Notes under the pieces: generated by a model | The model's database searches: none | Told to the model about the DNA's origin: nothing | The model's input: the letters and a program-made list of their open reading frames with translations, nothing else | Assembly: GCA_002737125.1 (NCBI GenBank) | Contig: NSHP01000001.1 | Coordinates: 1 to 37,977 of the forward strand | Length of the DNA: 37,977 nt | Source of the DNA: Actinomycetota bacterium | Lineage (GTDB): Bacteria > Actinomycetota > Actinomycetes > S36-B12 | Direction of reading: 5' to 3' | Position numbers and translations under genes: made by a program | Part shown: in pieces, positions 35,715 to 37,977 of the stretch | Layout: the number at the start of each line of letters is the position of its first letter | Position numbering within the stretch: position 1 is the stretch's first letter

Positions 35715-36827
35715 TTAAACCGATCTTTTGGTAGCCGCATGGGCCAGGTCCGTGAAAATAAACCGAGCCGCAGGGTTTATTGCATCAGTCTCAATTGCAG
35801 AAAGTGCGGTCTGGAGCAGGTTCGCGATAAGTTGCTCAGCGTGGTCTAGGGCACCGGTATCGGTGATGATTTGGCGGAGTTCTTCCACTCCGGAAAGGTC
35901 AAGTCCCGGATCTCCGAGGTGAGTACGTATTGCTGACATCTGCGCACTTGATGCCCGCTCAGACGCAATGGCAATAAGCACCGTGCGTTTACCTTCGCGT
36001 AGGTCGTCACCTGCTGGCTTACCGGTTTCTTTCGGGTCACCGAATACGCCGAGCACGTCATCACGCAATTGAAATGCTTCGCCCAAGGGTAGGCCAAATT
36101 CAGTGTAGGTAGTGAACACATTGGGAGAGGCACCTGCAAGAGCTGCGCCCAGGTGCAGCGGTTTCTCGATTGTGTACTTGGCGGACTTGTAGCGAACCAC
36201 TCGAAGTGCCCTCTCGATTGAGCCGCCACCTCGGGCTTGCTCCAAGAGGTCAAGATATTGGCCGGCCATCATTTCGGTGCGCATCTCGTCGTAGACAGGC
36301 TTGGCGCGATTTAAAGCAGCGTCTGGCATTCCGCTGGTGAGCAACACTTGGTCAGACCAGGACAGGCACATGTCGCCGAGCAAGATCGCGGCTCCGACTC
36401 CAAAATGTTCAGGGGAGCCCATCCATGAATGACTGCGGTGCAGGTTTGCAAAACGCCGGTGGGCGGCTGGTTGACCTCGGCGGGTATCTGATCCGTCCAT
36501 TACGTCATCGTGGATAAGGGCGCACGCCTGCAAGAATTCGAGTGCAGCAGACGCCGCCATCGCAGGTTCGTCAATCTCGACTGGGGGCCGACCTCCGGCT
36601 AATGCGCCGCGCCAGCCCCAGTAGCAAAATGCCGGCCGGACTCGTTTACCGCCCGCAAGTAGGGCGGTGAGCGCCTCAACAAGTGGTAACAAGTCATCGT
36701 CAATATTGGTAAGCCGAAAAGATTCCTGCGCCAGTACTTTGTCAATTGTGCTCTGAACGCGCTCGCGAAGGTCTGCCACATCAAATGGCGAGATTTTTCC
36801 GGGGAGTGCGGAGTGTGCGGGCACCAC
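35715..36827 (-). CDS. crtE: Polyprenyl (geranylgeranyl) diphosphate synthase (IdsA2/CrtE-like)
   Basis: First Asp-rich motif LIHDDVMDGS and second motif FQLRDDVLGVFGD. 26 nt upstream of crtI. GTG start without an obvious SD, so the start is uncertain. Confidence 0.9.
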   Translation of the reverse strand: MVPAHSALPGKISPFDVADLRERVQSTIDKVLAQESFRLTNIDDDLLPLVEALTALLAGGKRVRPAFCYWGWRGALAGGRPPVEIDEPAMAASAALEFLQACALIHDDVMDGSDTRRGQPAAHRRFANLHRSHSWMGSPEHFGVGAAILLGDMCLSWSDQVLLTSGMPDAALNRAKPVYDEMRTEMMAGQYLDLLEQARGGGSIERALRVVRYKSAKYTIEKPLHLGAALAGASPNVFTTYTEFGLPLGEAFQLRDDVLGVFGDPKETGKPAGDDLREGKRTVLIAIASERASSAQMSAIRTHLGDPGLDLSGVEELRQIITDTGALDHAEQLIANLLQTALSAIETDAINPAARFIFTDLAHAATKRSV

Positions 36828-36876
36828 CTAAGTCTAGAGCCTGCAGGGGAATTCGGCTGAACGGTTGGTTTGTTAA

Positions 36877-36906
36877 CTGGGCTAAGGTTTGGCTGGGCTA
36901 AGGTTT
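36877..36906. repeat. Perfect 14-nt direct repeat CTGGGCTAAGGTTT x2 (16-nt period) immediately upstream of the metF start
   Basis: Copies at 36877-36890 and 36893-36906 are separated by GG. Each copy carries an SD-like TAAGG. The second is 7 nt from ATG 36911. Confidence 0.9.
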
Positions 36907-36910
36907 CAAC

Positions 36911-37807
36911 ATGTCGCCGATACGAACTGATCCCAGTCTTGGCGCGGTGCTCGCTGGCGGCGGCCACAGTTTCTCCTTCGAGCTCTTTCCGCCCAAGACT
37001 GACGAGGGGGAGCAGTCGCTGTGGCAGACGGTCCGCGAGTTAGAGGCACTTAAGCCGACTTTCGTATCGGTTACTTATGGTGCCGGCGGCTCTACCCAAG
37101 ACCGTACGGTTCGCATAACCAAGCAGATCGCTGAACACACCACGTTGCTTCCAGTCGCGCATTTGACTTGCGTCGATGCCAGCGTTGATGACCTGCGGAA
37201 AGTAATCGCGCAATACTCCGATGCTGGAGTAAGTACGATCATGGCGTTGCGGGGTGATCCCATTGCTGGCCCAGAAGCTCAATGGCTGCGACACCCAGGT
37301 GGGTTACAGCATGCCGATGAACTTGTCGCGTTGGTTAGATCCCTTGGTGCATTCAGCGTTGGGGTAGCTGCATTTCCCGAGGGCCACCCCGAGTCTGGTG
37401 ATTTTGAGGACGATGCGCGGGTATTGGCGGCCAAGCAAGATGCGGGCGCCGAATTTGCTATCACGCAGTTCTTCTTCCGGGCTGAAGATTATGAGCGGCT
37501 GGTAACTCGCGCCGCCGCTCACGGGTGCACTATGCCGATCGTGCCAGGGTTGATGCCGGTTACTAATGTTGCGCAGATTGAACGCTTTGCAGTGCTGTCG
37601 GGTGCCCAGTTCCCGAGTGAGTTGGCCGACAAGTTCGGGAAAATCAAAGATGACCAAAGCGCGGTCCATGAACTAGGTGTCGAGGTCGCGGCCGACTTGG
37701 GTGAGAAACTATTAGCAATGGGTGCTCCGGGCCTGCACTTTTACACACTTAATCGTTCTACCTCGACCCGTGAGGTGTACAAAGCCTTAGGGCTTAACGA
37801 GGTTTAG
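36911..37807 (+). CDS. metF: Methylenetetrahydrofolate reductase (MetF/Rv2172c-like)
   Basis: SFELFPPKT, VSVTYGAGGST, HLTC, RGDP and TQFFF are typical of the MTHFR family. Confidence 0.9.
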   Translation: MSPIRTDPSLGAVLAGGGHSFSFELFPPKTDEGEQSLWQTVRELEALKPTFVSVTYGAGGSTQDRTVRITKQIAEHTTLLPVAHLTCVDASVDDLRKVIAQYSDAGVSTIMALRGDPIAGPEAQWLRHPGGLQHADELVALVRSLGAFSVGVAAFPEGHPESGDFEDDARVLAAKQDAGAEFAITQFFFRAEDYERLVTRAAAHGCTMPIVPGLMPVTNVAQIERFAVLSGAQFPSELADKFGKIKDDQSAVHELGVEVAADLGEKLLAMGAPGLHFYTLNRSTSTREVYKALGLNEV

Positions 37808-37977
37808 CCGAGTTGATTAGGTTGGCTACGATCTCTGCGCTCATGCCGACAAGTGGTAGCCCACCACCTGGGTGTGAAGACCCGCCGACCAGATAAAGGC
37901 CATTAATCGTTGACTCATTAGCGGGCCTGGTGAATGCGGCTCGGGTACCGTTACTCGAAGTCCCGTAAATCGCCCCA
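37794..37977 (-). CDS. CrtI-family FAD-dependent oxidoreductase, C-terminal 60 aa only (the N-terminus is beyond the right edge)
   Basis: Not in the track (no start in the window). My reverse translation gives ...AIYGTSSNGTRAAFTRPANESTINGLYLVGGSSHPGGGLPLVGMSAEIVANLINSAKPR*. GLYLVGGS.HPGGG.P is the C-terminal signature of phytoene-desaturase-family enzymes. It overlaps the metF 3' end by 14 nt. Confidence 0.7.
   Translation of the reverse strand, partial: GAIYGTSSNGTRAAFTRPANESTINGLYLVGGSSHPGGGLPLVGMSAEIVANLINSAKPR

Noticed and set aside
36833-36854. Polylinker-like string TCTAGA-GC-CTGCAG-GG-GAATTC (XbaI, PstI and EcoRI sites at an exact 8-nt pitch) in the crtE/metF intergenic region
   Set aside because: - It looks like a cloning scar, but no vector-like flanks are present and it does not match any MCS or BioBrick prefix/suffix I know.
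- A rough estimate gives ~0.1-1 expected occurrence of three closely spaced 6-bp palindromes in 38 kb once spacing is left free.
- It is probably coincidence. It would be worth a BLAST against UniVec.

Overview
This is an actinobacterial chromosomal core region, roughly 57% GC by eye, with dense coding and many 1-4 nt start/stop overlaps. From memory, gene order resembles the Mycobacterium tuberculosis Rv2172c-Rv2200c neighbourhood, but ctaD lies between ctaC and ctaF as in Streptomyces and Micrococcales.

Gene content, left to right:
- A degenerate cysteine-desulfurase-like gene (partial).
- ctaC-ctaD-ctaF (aa3 oxidase).
- A decayed L,D-transpeptidase.
- ctaE-qcrC-qcrA-qcrB (bc1 complex plus oxidase subunit III) on the minus strand.
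- An atypical receiver-domain protein, then trpD.
- A DEDD-exonuclease/GIY-YIG fusion.
- Two small Cys-motif ORFs, one of them absent from the ORF track.
- A RipC-like NlpC/P60 hydrolase and a FadD15-like acyl-CoA ligase.
- A conserved cluster of unknown function (metallophosphoesterase, SRPBCC, ArsA-like ATPase).
- A frameshifted ROK glucokinase and a nonsense-interrupted secreted protein.
- A lipase, plsC, glpK, pfkA, class II DAHP synthase and ogt.
- A PLP decarboxylase and a PASTA Ser/Thr kinase.
- A TPP (THI-box) riboswitch controlling a PnuC-family transporter that is translationally coupled to a NadR-type P-loop kinase.
- A carotenoid cluster (crtYc/Yd convergent with crtE-crtI-crtB), metF, and the 3' end of a second CrtI-family gene.

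I saw no rRNA, tRNA, CRISPR array or IS element.

Two things stand out:
1. The riboswitch/PnuT-like/NadR-like kinase operon is a candidate thiamine-salvage module that I do not know to have been described.
2. An unusual density of broken genes. Four loci carry four in-frame stops, two homopolymer frameshifts and one out-of-frame deletion. This suggests a lineage undergoing reductive evolution; a Renibacterium-like host-restricted Micrococcales member would fit, but that is speculation.

All homology statements come from motif recognition by eye, not database searches.
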